A stretch of DNA of 64,000 bases, taken from the IMG/VR virus record IMGVR_UViG_3300021963_000062, positions 1 through 64,000 of that record; one strand, given 5' to 3'. The stretch's first letter is position 1. Every line of letters starts with the position of its first letter. The translations under genes were made by a program, and so were the position numbers. The notes below the pieces were generated by a model, which was not told the DNA's origin, did not search any database, and worked only from the letters and a program-made list of their open reading frames with translations. Shown piece after piece: positions 28,076 to 38,230 of the stretch. The stretch is from a virus.

Positions 28076-28570
28076 TCAAAGGTCGGCAAGAAGTTTCTCA
28101 AGATCGTCTTCAAGTTTTAAAGCAATAGCATCTTCATCAGTTTCAGAGTCGGAAAGAAGAGTTTGCATATCAAGTTCAAGATAAGCTTCTCTGATCTTTG
28201 CTTCTTCTTCTTCTCTTATTCTTTGAAGTTCTGCTTCTGCTGCTGCAATTGCTTCTTCTTCTGCGATTCTAGCGGCTTCCTTAGAATTTTCCCAAAGAGA
28301 AATAGCCTCTTCAAACACACCCAGTTTTTTAATAATTAAATTAGGTACTGGTTTTTTAAACTCTACTTCACCATAAGGCGATTCTTCGCCAAATCCATAT
28401 TCTCCATCTTCATCGGGATCTCCATACCACTGAAGAGCATGAAATTTTCCCCATGTTTTTTGATCATAGCCTTCTACCCAACTAAGATCATCGAAAATAC
28501 TTAGATCAGCATGGTAACCAACACCATCTTTAATGATCATATTATCAGATCTGACTATCGTTAGTCTCAT
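28076..28570 (-). CDS. Putative tail-fibre assembly/accessory protein
   Basis: MRLTIV..HALQW..GEVEF followed by an acidic coil; sits downstream of the fibre-tip genes. Confidence 0.5.
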   Translation of the reverse strand: MRLTIVRSDNMIIKDGVGYHADLSIFDDLSWVEGYDQKTWGKFHALQWYGDPDEDGEYGFGEESPYGEVEFKKPVPNLIIKKLGVFEEAISLWENSKEAARIAEEEAIAAAEAELQRIREEEEAKIREAYLELDMQTLLSDSETDEDAIALKLEDDLEKLLADL

Positions 28571-28907
28571 TGGTTTCTTCTCCTTGTAAAATATTTTGAG
28601 ATGTTAGTGGAGTAACGTTTACTGGCAAAACATTTTGTTGCATAAGCCCCTGAATATATAGGTCTCGATTTTGTTCATTGGCTTTTACAACTTCATTTCT
28701 AAATGATTCCACAGCAGCACTGGTATGTCTTTGTTGTTGAGAATTTTCAATCGTCATAATAGGCATCCAAGTTACTGCACAACCCCACTCATCAATATCT
28801 TCACCAGTATTTGGATTCATTCCACGAACTCTCATGAACCAAGAACATTTCAATCCAATACAATCTTTTCGAATAAGAGGGCAAAATTTACCTTGTTCTA
28901 ATTTCAT
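28545..28907 (-). CDS. Cys-rich conserved phage protein associated with fibre genes
   Basis: CPLIRKDCIGLKCSWF..GMNPNTGE..WGCA..AAVESFRNE. Confidence 0.6.
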   Translation of the reverse strand: MKLEQGKFCPLIRKDCIGLKCSWFMRVRGMNPNTGEDIDEWGCAVTWMPIMTIENSQQQRHTSAAVESFRNEVVKANEQNRDLYIQGLMQQNVLPVNVTPLTSQNILQGEETNETNDSQI

Positions 28908-28942
28908 AACTCAAAAGATAATTACTAAAATAATAACATGAA

Positions 28943-29461
28943 TTAACTAAAAGTGCAATATATCACACTAACGTATTGTACACTAAAATCAACACTAGTA
29001 TTGATTGGTCCACTAGCAGAACTTAAAGCAATTGGATGAGCATGAGCACCACTATTTCCAAAGTTTCCCGTATTTCCAGAGTTTGCAACTCTTGCAGGTC
29101 CTCCACCAGCAGCTTGAACGTTTCCGCCAGCGTTAGCGGGGTGGGCGTGTTGAGGGACAGTATTAACATCTAATGTTGTATTTCCACTCGATAGACCATT
29201 GATAGTAACTGGTACTGTTCCAGTAACTGGTCTAGAAGCCATTGTAGTGGTAAAATCATTGGTGCCTCCTGAATTTGCTGCAGCACCACTAACAACTCTT
29301 AGGGCTTTGTTATTATGAACAGTAGCGGCAGCTACCCAACCAGTAGGAGCAGCTGCTTGGTAAAAAACAGCGTTAGATAATTGTGGAAATATTCCGTACT
29401 TAGAATTGAGAACAGTAAGATCACTAAATTGTATTCCAGTTGTAGTTAATACTGCAGCCAT
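28943..29461 (-). CDS. Short fibre-tip/collar-like virion protein, paralog 3
   Basis: FYQAAAPTGW, KALRVVSG, HAH x2, VQYVSVIYC. Confidence 0.65.
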   Translation of the reverse strand: MAAVLTTTGIQFSDLTVLNSKYGIFPQLSNAVFYQAAAPTGWVAAATVHNNKALRVVSGAAANSGGTNDFTTTMASRPVTGTVPVTINGLSSGNTTLDVNTVPQHAHPANAGGNVQAAGGGPARVANSGNTGNFGNSGAHAHPIALSSASGPINTSVDFSVQYVSVIYCTFS

Positions 29462-29484
29462 ATTTTTTCTCTACTTTTTTTTAT

Positions 29485-30018
29485 TTAGTCAAATCTACAA
29501 ATGTTGCAATCTACATATTGTATTGCCATATTTACAGGTGATGATCCTGGACCTGAAGCAGCAGTAAAAGCAACGGGGTGATTGTGACCACCACTATTTC
29601 CAAAGTTTCCAGTGGTTGTTGAAGGAGCAGTTCCACTCGATGTTCCCTGTGATGGGTTTGGACCATTTCTAGCTTCAGCACCACCAGCATTCAAACCATG
29701 GGAGTGTAGAACCATAGTATTTATATCTATAGTGGTGCTATTTACTGCAAGTCCACTAATTGTAACTGGTACTGTTGCACTAAAAGTTTGTGCAGCAAAA
29801 GTACCACTAAAAGTGTTTGTTCCTGCGACAGTACCACCATTTCCACCAGCATTTACAACTCTAAGAGCTCGATCATTTATAGCTAATGTAGTCCAACCAC
29901 TAGGAGCTGCTGATTGAATAAAGAGCATGGGAGTATTTGTTTGTGGAATAATCCCATACTTACTATTTAATACATTACCGACAGCAAATTGTATCCCATC
30001 AGCAGTTAGTATCGCCAT
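29485..30018 (-). CDS. Short fibre-tip/collar-like virion protein, paralog 2
   Basis: FIQSAAPSGW, RALRVV, HSH/HNH, IQYVDCNIC. Confidence 0.65.
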   Translation of the reverse strand: MAILTADGIQFAVGNVLNSKYGIIPQTNTPMLFIQSAAPSGWTTLAINDRALRVVNAGGNGGTVAGTNTFSGTFAAQTFSATVPVTISGLAVNSTTIDINTMVLHSHGLNAGGAEARNGPNPSQGTSSGTAPSTTTGNFGNSGGHNHPVAFTAASGPGSSPVNMAIQYVDCNICRFD

Positions 30019-30049
30019 TTCAAATATCTCCTAGTTATTTTTTTATTTA

Positions 30050-30574
30050 TTATCCATTAAATGAACATATAATAACATCGGCATACTGAACTCGCATATC
30101 GATAGATGCACTAAAAGGTCCGTTGGCCGAGGTAATTGTTACTGGATGAGTGTGAGCACCACCATTTCCATAGTTGCCAGTAGTGGATCCAGGATTAACT
30201 ACCGTGGCACCACCACCACCAGAAGCAGAAGAATTTCCTCCATTATTCGCTGGATGCCCATGAGAGGGAATGGTATTCACACTAAGAGTAACAGGTCCTA
30301 GAGAAAAACTCATCGATACTGGGACGTTTACACTAACGGATCTATTAGTTAAAGCTGCACTAAAGGCATTTGTACCACCTGCGGTCCCTCCAGCTGCACT
30401 AGGAACACTAACTATTCTTAACATTTTATCATTTTGAGCAACTGCTGTCCATCCTGTTGGAGCAGCTTGTCTATAAAAAAGTGTATTAGTTCCAGATGGA
30501 AAAGAAAAACTAGCTCTACCTGTGGCACTAGTTCCATTACTAAAATTAATTCCTGTTGCTGTAAGTACCGCCAT
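30050..30574 (-). CDS. Short fibre-tip/collar-like virion protein, paralog 1
   Basis: FYRQAAPTGW, KMLRIVS, HGH/HTH, VQYADVIIC. Confidence 0.65.
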   Translation of the reverse strand: MAVLTATGINFSNGTSATGRASFSFPSGTNTLFYRQAAPTGWTAVAQNDKMLRIVSVPSAAGGTAGGTNAFSAALTNRSVSVNVPVSMSFSLGPVTLSVNTIPSHGHPANNGGNSSASGGGGATVVNPGSTTGNYGNGGAHTHPVTITSANGPFSASIDMRVQYADVIICSFNG

Positions 30575-30613
30575 TTATATAATCAGAATTTCTCTTTCCT
30601 TTTATTTATATGT

Positions 30614-31192
30614 TTATACAAATCCCGAGTGATATAACCATCCAGTACAAAGATACTTAACTACTCCTTTAGGAGGCATAATTCCCCTATGAATATAATT
30701 CCATGTTGCTGGAAAAAATATTATTTTACCTTCTTCTGGTTTCACTTTTGTTCCATCAACAAACTCGGTTTCCCCACCAGGGCCTTCAACAGTATTTAAA
30801 TACCAAATAAAAGTAAGCATTCTGACACCATCCGAAACATTCCAATGAGAATCATGATGCCAACTATAAAACCCCTCTCCACCTATCGTTCTTTGAATTT
30901 GATAACCAGTGTCATTCAAATCCATATCCATGGGATTAATTGGAAAATTGTTTTTTAAGTATAATCTATATTCTTTTAAAGAATCAACTAAAGATTCATA
31001 AAAAACTTTATCTTCTTCTTTCCACCCATTGATATATGTAATAGAAATATCGGTAGATATTTTTGTATTAACGTCTACCCCGCCCAAAGTTTTGCCGGAA
31101 GTTTTCCTTAAGTCTCTTTCAAATTTATAAATTACATTCTTACAGAATTCACTATCAAGTGCATTCTGTTTTTCCCATATAAACTTATTCAT
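30614..31192 (-). CDS. 2OG-Fe(II) oxygenase
   Basis: WHHD, FIWYLN..GGETEF, FFPATWNYIHRG, KYLCTGW. Confidence 0.9.
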   Translation of the reverse strand: MNKFIWEKQNALDSEFCKNVIYKFERDLRKTSGKTLGGVDVNTKISTDISITYINGWKEEDKVFYESLVDSLKEYRLYLKNNFPINPMDMDLNDTGYQIQRTIGGEGFYSWHHDSHWNVSDGVRMLTFIWYLNTVEGPGGETEFVDGTKVKPEEGKIIFFPATWNYIHRGIMPPKGVVKYLCTGWLYHSGFV

Positions 31193-33409
31193 TATTTTTT
31201 TGGACTTGGTTTTGATTTATCACAAACATTACAATAGTATGAAAACCCCTCTCTGAAGTACTTCACAGGTTGGAAGTTATCTTCATTAAGTGGTTTAGTC
31301 TCTCCGCACTTATCACAGATTCGGTTCTTTTCTTGACTGTTTTCTGACTTTTTTGAGTTCTTTGAGTTCCATTTTAATATTCTTGTAAGCAGTCTCAGCA
31401 TCAATCTTTCCTCCCATTTCTAGGGCGCAAATAATATCAACTCTGGTTCCAAAGTGTGACAGGGCTTTTTCAAAGCAATCTAATTCTTCATACATCGTAT
31501 TGAATTCCACAACGCTCGGCAATAATATCTATGCGAGCATCAAGAGAGTTCTCAAGTTCATAGAGAGCATTAGTCATCCCAATGTTTTCTTCTTCTAAGA
31601 CTTTTACACGGTCTTCAAGTTCCTGAAGTCTCTGAAAGACTACATCACCAGGCGTAGGTTCTGCGAACCCCCACTTCTGAAAAAACCAATAAGGATCTTG
31701 TTTAGTCATAATACATTCACGGACTTCAAATAGTTTCTATAAGCCATGAACCTGCGAAGTGAAGGTTGTCCTGGTATTGGGCCTAGACTTTCGCAGATCT
31801 CACAGTAACATAACCAATCATACCAAGGTGTTGTCGGATCCAGTGCTGGATGCGGACTTGTTTGTGTGTAGTTCTTTAAGGAGTTTAGCCAGTTCTGGAG
31901 TTTCATCCCATTCCCATACTTGATTGTGCGTTGGATCTTTCTTTTCAATCGTATAAGTTCTCTTCGTCATTTGTAATTTCTCCTTCGGTAATTTTGAGAT
32001 GTTTTTCTATAATTTTTTTTCTTATGAGAAGATAATAAATTTTATAAGCGGGAAAATTATTATCGGGATCTAAAGAAATTGTTACTGCATGTTTCCACAA
32101 TTTTTTAAGTTGTTCATCCAAAATAACTATTGATTTTTCGTTTGTTGTTTCCTCTTTCATAATAACAAAAATATTAATATTATTTTATTATATAGAGAAT
32201 ATTATGTCAAGGACTTTTTTATTGAGATATAAAATAAACTACACCAGAAGAAAATTCCTTATATTCATTAGAAACTGGCAAAAGAGGAAATCTTTTAGCG
32301 GATAAAATATATTCCGAAATACGTTTTTTATAACTATCATTAAAAATATAATTATTTTTTATTTCTGAATGATATTCATCAATATAAGAATCATCGGAAA
32401 GTTTTCTTTCACAAATAACTTGAAGTGCTTCTTGATCGGAAGATGCTATTACATACATTGTTCCAATTTTTTCCGGAACCCAATAGTCAATTATGTATAA
32501 AAATTTCATTTTCTTCGTCAAATTTCGGGGAGTGGTGATCCATCTTTAATCTCAATATAGATTGCAGGAGGAGAATCGTTCCAGTGACGAATCACCCCAG
32601 CCACAATAAAACCATTAGTGACCAGGTAAGAAACAAAAATAAAGGTGCGTATCCAAGCAATAGTATCAGATTCTCGGTCGCATTTAGATGCCTTTTCTCC
32701 AAGTGCTTTAGCCCACCAACGCCAGATTGTCTTCCTCTTCTTCGTGGACTGATTCTCTAAATTTGACATATTCCAGATCTTTCCATTGTTTGTGATAACA
32801 TAAAACTAACAATCTTTCGTTGCGGTGTAAACAACAGGCCTCATAATTAACACAATCTTTAGGACGAACATTAACTTCTATTGTAATGTAGTCATCACAT
32901 TTAAAATAAACCCAACCTTCAACTCCTTTTGTCCACCTAACATAATCGTTGACTTTGGGTTCATACATTAGAGTTTTCCTCCTACCGTACCTTCATGAAC
33001 TGCTTCGGGTTCAGGCCAACCTTCCTGCCGTCCTTTAAGATAAAAACGGGTGCCTGATATACATGAGTCTTCAGTGAGAGCCGAGACCAATCCATTTCCT
33101 TCTTTGTCATAACTATCCCAGAGAAATTTTCCTTGTTCAACACGGAACGCATCATCAATCCATTGAATTTCTTGCATTTATATCTTTTTAAAGTTGACTC
33201 GGACATTTACTTACCACCATAGCAATGGCAGCAGCTTCAATAGCAGGAGAAGTGGAGATTACTCTCCTCACATTTGACCCGCCATATTTATCGTTAGCCT
33301 TACTATAGGCAACTAGAACTGATCGCAGAGTGTCCATACCTTTATTACGATTCGCACAAAAGTCTACTGCGACAGTATTCAATAGTGTCAGTAAAGTTAG
33401 TTCAGCCAT
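31192..33409 (-). other. Run of about 10 small hypothetical ORFs (60-100 aa)
   Basis: Tightly packed or overlapping minus-strand ORFs (31313-31522, 31488-31709, 31945-32160, 32219-32521, 32518-32769, 32708-32968, 32968-33177, 33188-33409). Confidence 0.6.
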
Positions 33410-33732
33410 CCCCTTTAATACTTAAGGTGTAATCTTTCTTTGTTAGTTTATGTTGTTTTACGAATCTGTCAACATGATCTTTACATTCAAACCAACAGAT
33501 TCGTTTTTCTTTACCCTCCTTCAGATCCACTCGGAAGATGAAGGTTTCATACGGAAATTTTTCGTCAGTCATTAAGTGGGTTGTTCCTGCCTTTGAGTAT
33601 AGACCACATCAAAGAGTTCGTCAAGTATTTCGTTACACTCGTGATACTCTTTACCATCAAGCAAAGTCTTCTCGAATTGATAACGACGAACTGCAGTGAA
33701 GATTAGTTTATATTGTTCGGGTGTAAAGTTCA

Positions 33733-34206
33733 TTATTCTCCAAGTGTGTGAATGACAGGTTTTTCGTGGGCAAGGATATGATAAAGGTCTGGGTTCTTTG
33801 CTGCTGATACAGGAACAAACTCCGTCTCAGGATTAAACTCTTCATCACGAATTGCCTGGTTAATGACAATGGAACCTTCCTCCCCAGAATAAGACCGATG
33901 GAAAGTCATTTTAGGGATCACCAGAGCCCCAGAAGAACGATTGAGATGAACGATATGATACGGATAACGCCATTCTGGGTTTACCAGTTCAAATGTGCGA
34001 ATACCAGACAGAACACGATTATGATCTACCTGGTGATAATGAATATAAAATTGTTTAGCTCCTACAATATCATCAGGTGGTGAAATAGCAGCACCAGTAT
34101 GAATTACAAGATCTTGTGCGTTTGAGTTTTCTACAGAGATGTCATAGAATACAACTGCATCTGTTTCCCTGAATACTCTATGTTTTTTAAAGTGAACTTC
34201 GCTCAT
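33733..34206 (-). CDS. Cupin-fold conserved cyanobacterial/cyanophage protein
   Basis: FRETDAVVFYDI, QFYIHYHQVDHNRV, LVIPKMTFHRS. Confidence 0.7.
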   Translation of the reverse strand: MSEVHFKKHRVFRETDAVVFYDISVENSNAQDLVIHTGAAISPPDDIVGAKQFYIHYHQVDHNRVLSGIRTFELVNPEWRYPYHIVHLNRSSGALVIPKMTFHRSYSGEEGSIVINQAIRDEEFNPETEFVPVSAAKNPDLYHILAHEKPVIHTLGE

Positions 34207-35477
34207 CAGTCGTAGGTGTTTTGCTCCTGTTGCAATCTATCTATATAAAAATAAATGGTAGCATTTGAATACTGAAATTCTTCAAATCTATGAGGTTTTT
34301 TCTCCTTCATCTTGGTCAACATATTAATCCAGTCGTATCGTTTGTCAACGACCCAACCATAATGTTGTTCATCCTGAAAAAGATCATACTTAGTTTTCAT
34401 CACTCAAACTCCCGAGTCCTGTTAATCCTTTGAACTGGAGGGGTATAAGGGGGAATAACCTCACAAGTCACACGAATATCAGAACCTTTGGTTGCTTCAG
34501 CCATCTCACGATAACCAAGACCAACATAGATCTGTCCACCGACTACGGCAACTGCCATGGATCCCCAGAAATAATAATACCACTTAGTTTTTACTTGGTG
34601 GCGTAGAATCTTATTGACTTTCATTTGAATACAGCGGTAACTCCGACTACTTTGGCATTAGGATTGCGGGCAAGGGCAACTTGTCTTGCTTCTTGATAGT
34701 CACGGGCTTGTACTTCTTCTTTGAAGACCTTACCTGCAACATAAAGGGTAACTTCACATTTCATTTTAAATAATGTTCTTTATCAGTATCAAATTCAATC
34801 CATTTAGCATCTTTCATATTAAGGCACATTAGAATTGTCTCATGTTCCCGATGTTCTCGTGGTGTACCACGATACAGGTATCTCCTTTGATACGCACAAC
34901 ACCAGACATTATAATAGATCTTAGCTTTTTCAGAAAGAGCCATTTCCTAGTCGTTCAAAACAAACACTGTTAAACTTACCCTCTACACCGCGAAGAATAA
35001 GTTTGGTGTGGGAAGACTTTATAATTATTTGTTGAACAAAGTAAACTCCACCAGGAACTAACAGATGTTCTGGATCTGTATTATTTCCCCAAGCAACTTG
35101 TTCTTTAGAACACCCAACAAATTTTACAAAGTCTCCCTCTTTGATTTCACCATAAGAGAATTTTGGAATCTTAAGATCTTTCTTCACTTCTTTTCCTCTT
35201 TTGGTTGCACTTTCTGTTTGGTAGGATCTGCATAAGGGACTCGTCCCTCTTTCTCGTACATCAGTATATCATACTTAAACTTGCACTCATGGGGTTTCTG
35301 ATTGCAAAGAATCAGTGTGTCATTGATTGCACGATGAGATCCAACGGCAGAACCAAGTGAACTTCCTAAGAGCAATGTAAGTCCAAACATCCCAATGTTT
35401 TTAAGATTTAAAGAACGTTCAACCATAATGAATTTCAGAAGTCTTTTTATTCTAATGTATTTCATCTGGCCAGTCAA
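34206..35477 (-). other. Run of small hypothetical ORFs
   Basis: Coupled ORFs 34206-34403, 34400-34624, 34621-34764, 34761-34943, 34930-35187, 35184-35477. Confidence 0.55.
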
Positions 35478-36624
35478 CCCTGCCAGTATAATCTCTAAAA
35501 ATCCATTTACCCAATGAATTCGTTGAAACTATTAAATCAGCAGAAATAACTTTTTTCCTCTTATAAACTGTGAAAAGAGAACTCCAATTAGAAATTGATT
35601 TAACTACCGTTTTTGAATAACAACCCGCCATCAGATCAAATACATTTTCAAAGATTTTTATAGTTCGAAGTAAGTATTTTATTTTAAATTTTTCTTTTGG
35701 TATTTTATTTTGATGTAAAGTTATAAACTTCTTAAGATAATAAGACTTATCAATTATATTATTTGGATATCTATCATAATAATATGAATAATACTTTTTA
35801 GGAATGTCAGAACTAATATAGATTTTTTGATTAGGATTTTCTGAAAGAATAAAATTATCAATCAAATTAAAATAATCAGAGTCTGGTATAATTTTATACC
35901 TATTAACCCAATCAAAATCATTATTAATATTTTCTGATTCAAAAAATATTTTTTGTCTGTTTTTATCTTTTTTTAATAACATATCATAATACTTATATTT
36001 TCCAGAATTTCTATATTCTTTTCCCAATCTATTTTTATGAAAATTTTCCCAATAAGAATCTATTGTTTCCTTTGGTAAAATTTTTTCTATTTCATTCAAA
36101 AATTTTTCAGTGGGATATGTACCCAGCCCTCTGCGTAAATGTATGCAACAAACATCGGAAAACTCATTTTCCATAAAATTAATAGCTGTTGTCAACTTTA
36201 ATTTTATTTTAGATACACAATTGTGCAGTATTTCTTTATATGTTATATTTTTATAATCAAAAAAATGATATAAGTGATCAAAACAAGAGATAGAAAAGTC
36301 AAGATAATAATAAGTATTTTCAGAACTATTTTTATAATCAAATTGTTCTGTTAAAAGAATGTCTCTAAATTTTTCACACGTTATTGGAATTAGTTGATTA
36401 TTAGATGATTTTAAAACCGAAACATCTTGAGCTGTAGTATTTGGCAAATTAATTAATAATAGTTCAGGCCAATAGTTATCTTCCACAATTATTTCAACAT
36501 CTTTAATAATTGTAGAAAAATAATATGCTAGACTCCAAATAGCAATTCTATCTCCAAATCCACTGTCATGTTCAAATAAGTTATTACCCGCCCATGGTTC
36601 AAAACATATTAGTTTTATGGACAT
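35452..36624 (-). CDS. Putative fucosyltransferase-fold (GT-B) glycosyltransferase
   Basis: SGFGDRI, CIHLRRG, KIYISSD, SISNWS resemble GT11/GT23/NodZ motifs. Confidence 0.5.
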   Translation of the reverse strand: MSIKLICFEPWAGNNLFEHDSGFGDRIAIWSLAYYFSTIIKDVEIIVEDNYWPELLLINLPNTTAQDVSVLKSSNNQLIPITCEKFRDILLTEQFDYKNSSENTYYYLDFSISCFDHLYHFFDYKNITYKEILHNCVSKIKLKLTTAINFMENEFSDVCCIHLRRGLGTYPTEKFLNEIEKILPKETIDSYWENFHKNRLGKEYRNSGKYKYYDMLLKKDKNRQKIFFESENINNDFDWVNRYKIIPDSDYFNLIDNFILSENPNQKIYISSDIPKKYYSYYYDRYPNNIIDKSYYLKKFITLHQNKIPKEKFKIKYLLRTIKIFENVFDLMAGCYSKTVVKSISNWSSLFTVYKRKKVISADLIVSTNSLGKWIFRDYTGRVDWPDEIH

Positions 36625-37589
36625 TAGTGTTCTCTTTCAAGATCTAAAGTTACGCAATGAAAAAATCCGGCTAGGGTTCTACCATGTCTCCAAGGGAGCA
36701 TTGCAGATTCAATACCGTATTTTTCCAGTTCTTTTCTAGTTTCATGTTGGTGTTCTTCCAAAACTACTAGATTGGGATTAATACTAATAAGATTCAAATT
36801 CCCCCAAGGAGAAGCGTTATTATAACTGGCATAGTATCCAGTATCATAAGGTTCTGGAGCAAAAATAACATCCCAACTTCTAAAAGGTTCCGGGAGATCA
36901 TCTTTAGATTTAACTCTAGATGGATTAACCATCACTAAACCTTCCCTCAAAAATGCAACTGTACTATCGATGTGAACATAACTGTATACACCTTGGAGTA
37001 AATGTACTCTAACTTCAGATCCTACAAGTTCTTGAAGTAACTCTGCACCTTTTATGTTACCAGTATTTGAAACAAGATAGAGGAGATCATTATTAGCTCT
37101 AATGATATTGGCAGCATCAAAAGCAGGAGAAGATTCAGTTAAAGAAAGAATGTCTTTATTTCCAATACAATCTTCAGTGTACAATTCATCTTCACAAGAA
37201 CAAGGAATGTGAATTAAATTGTCAAAATGGTGTGCAAAAGACTTCCAATTATTTTTTCTAGATCGTAAAGGCATTGGAGTTGCAATAGACAAATCTCCAT
37301 GAGTAAAAATACAATCTCTGGGACAAAAATTATAATATTCTGTTTCTTCTCTATTGGGTCTGACTACTTCTATTTGTTGACTTTTTAAAAATTCAACAAA
37401 AGTTTCCAAGTCTTCATTAGCTTCTTCAATTACTTGTTGTGGATATTCGCCAATAACTACATCAATTACATCTTGTTTATCGGCATAATTAACAAATCTT
37501 AGAGACCTATCCATTTCAGGAACTCTAGCGTAATCTGCAACTCCTACGAGTACTTTTTTTAGAGGATCCCACTCATTTCTACTAGTCAT
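36624..37589 (-). CDS. Amidinotransferase (glycine/inosamine-phosphate amidinotransferase family)
   Basis: NEWDPLKKVLVG, CPRD, FDAAN, HIDST, GFFHCVTLD (Asp/His/Cys triad). Confidence 0.88.
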   Translation of the reverse strand: MTSRNEWDPLKKVLVGVADYARVPEMDRSLRFVNYADKQDVIDVVIGEYPQQVIEEANEDLETFVEFLKSQQIEVVRPNREETEYYNFCPRDCIFTHGDLSIATPMPLRSRKNNWKSFAHHFDNLIHIPCSCEDELYTEDCIGNKDILSLTESSPAFDAANIIRANNDLLYLVSNTGNIKGAELLQELVGSEVRVHLLQGVYSYVHIDSTVAFLREGLVMVNPSRVKSKDDLPEPFRSWDVIFAPEPYDTGYYASYNNASPWGNLNLISINPNLVVLEEHQHETRKELEKYGIESAMLPWRHGRTLAGFFHCVTLDLEREH

Positions 37590-37821
37590 TATTTTTAATA
37601 AATTCTTTTTCTAATTCTTTTGCAAGTTTCATCGCTCTTCTCCACATTAAATATTTTACTATGGGATTACGAGGATTATTTAATAACCACCATTTGGTTT
37701 TCCCATACTCAAATTTCAAAAGTTTAGTAATAAAATAAAATGATCTTGCAACACTATCATCAGTTATGATAAAGTATGCAGCTATTACAAAGAGAAAAAA
37801 CCAAATAGAATAATATTCCAT
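37582..37821 (-). CDS. Conserved membrane hypothetical protein
   Basis: TM followed by PRNPIVKYLMWRRAMKLAKEL. Confidence 0.65.
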   Translation of the reverse strand: MEYYSIWFFLFVIAAYFIITDDSVARSFYFITKLLKFEYGKTKWWLLNNPRNPIVKYLMWRRAMKLAKELEKEFIKNND

Positions 37822-37822
37822 A

Positions 37823-38020
37823 TTAATGCCAACGAAGAGACTTTAAGTATTCCAATACGGTATCTCTCACATCCATGAGCTCATGATAACACTTTTGATT
37901 ATGGGCACATTGTCTAAGTTCATGATCTGGTTTATATACACTTTCCACAAATAAATCTAATCCTCTATTCCACTTATCCTTTTTGGATTCTCCATCATGT
38001 GTGCAGTAAGGTTGTGACAT
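37823..38020 (-). CDS. Conserved cyanophage hypothetical protein
   Basis: KWNRGLDLFVESVYKPDHELRQCAHNQKCY. Confidence 0.7.
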   Translation of the reverse strand: MSQPYCTHDGESKKDKWNRGLDLFVESVYKPDHELRQCAHNQKCYHELMDVRDTVLEYLKSLRWH

Positions 38021-38230
38021 TAAACTTGCTCCAAATCTTCTATGGATGATACTGGTACTTCGTGTTCTGCAATTCGGTAATAATGTTCACCTTCTCGTAT
38101 ACCAAGATACTCGATATCATCACAATTATATTCTCTTAACCACGCTTGAAGACGCAAATGCATCAACTCCGAGGCGTTTGGGACATTCATAGATAATCAC
38201 TAAACACTTAGTAATTATAAGTTATTTAGC

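Noticed and set aside
28943-30574. Diversity-generating retroelement or invertible shufflon at the fibre-tip genes
   Set aside because: No reverse transcriptase or recombinase in the window, no adenine-specific template/variable repeat pair, and all copies are co-oriented
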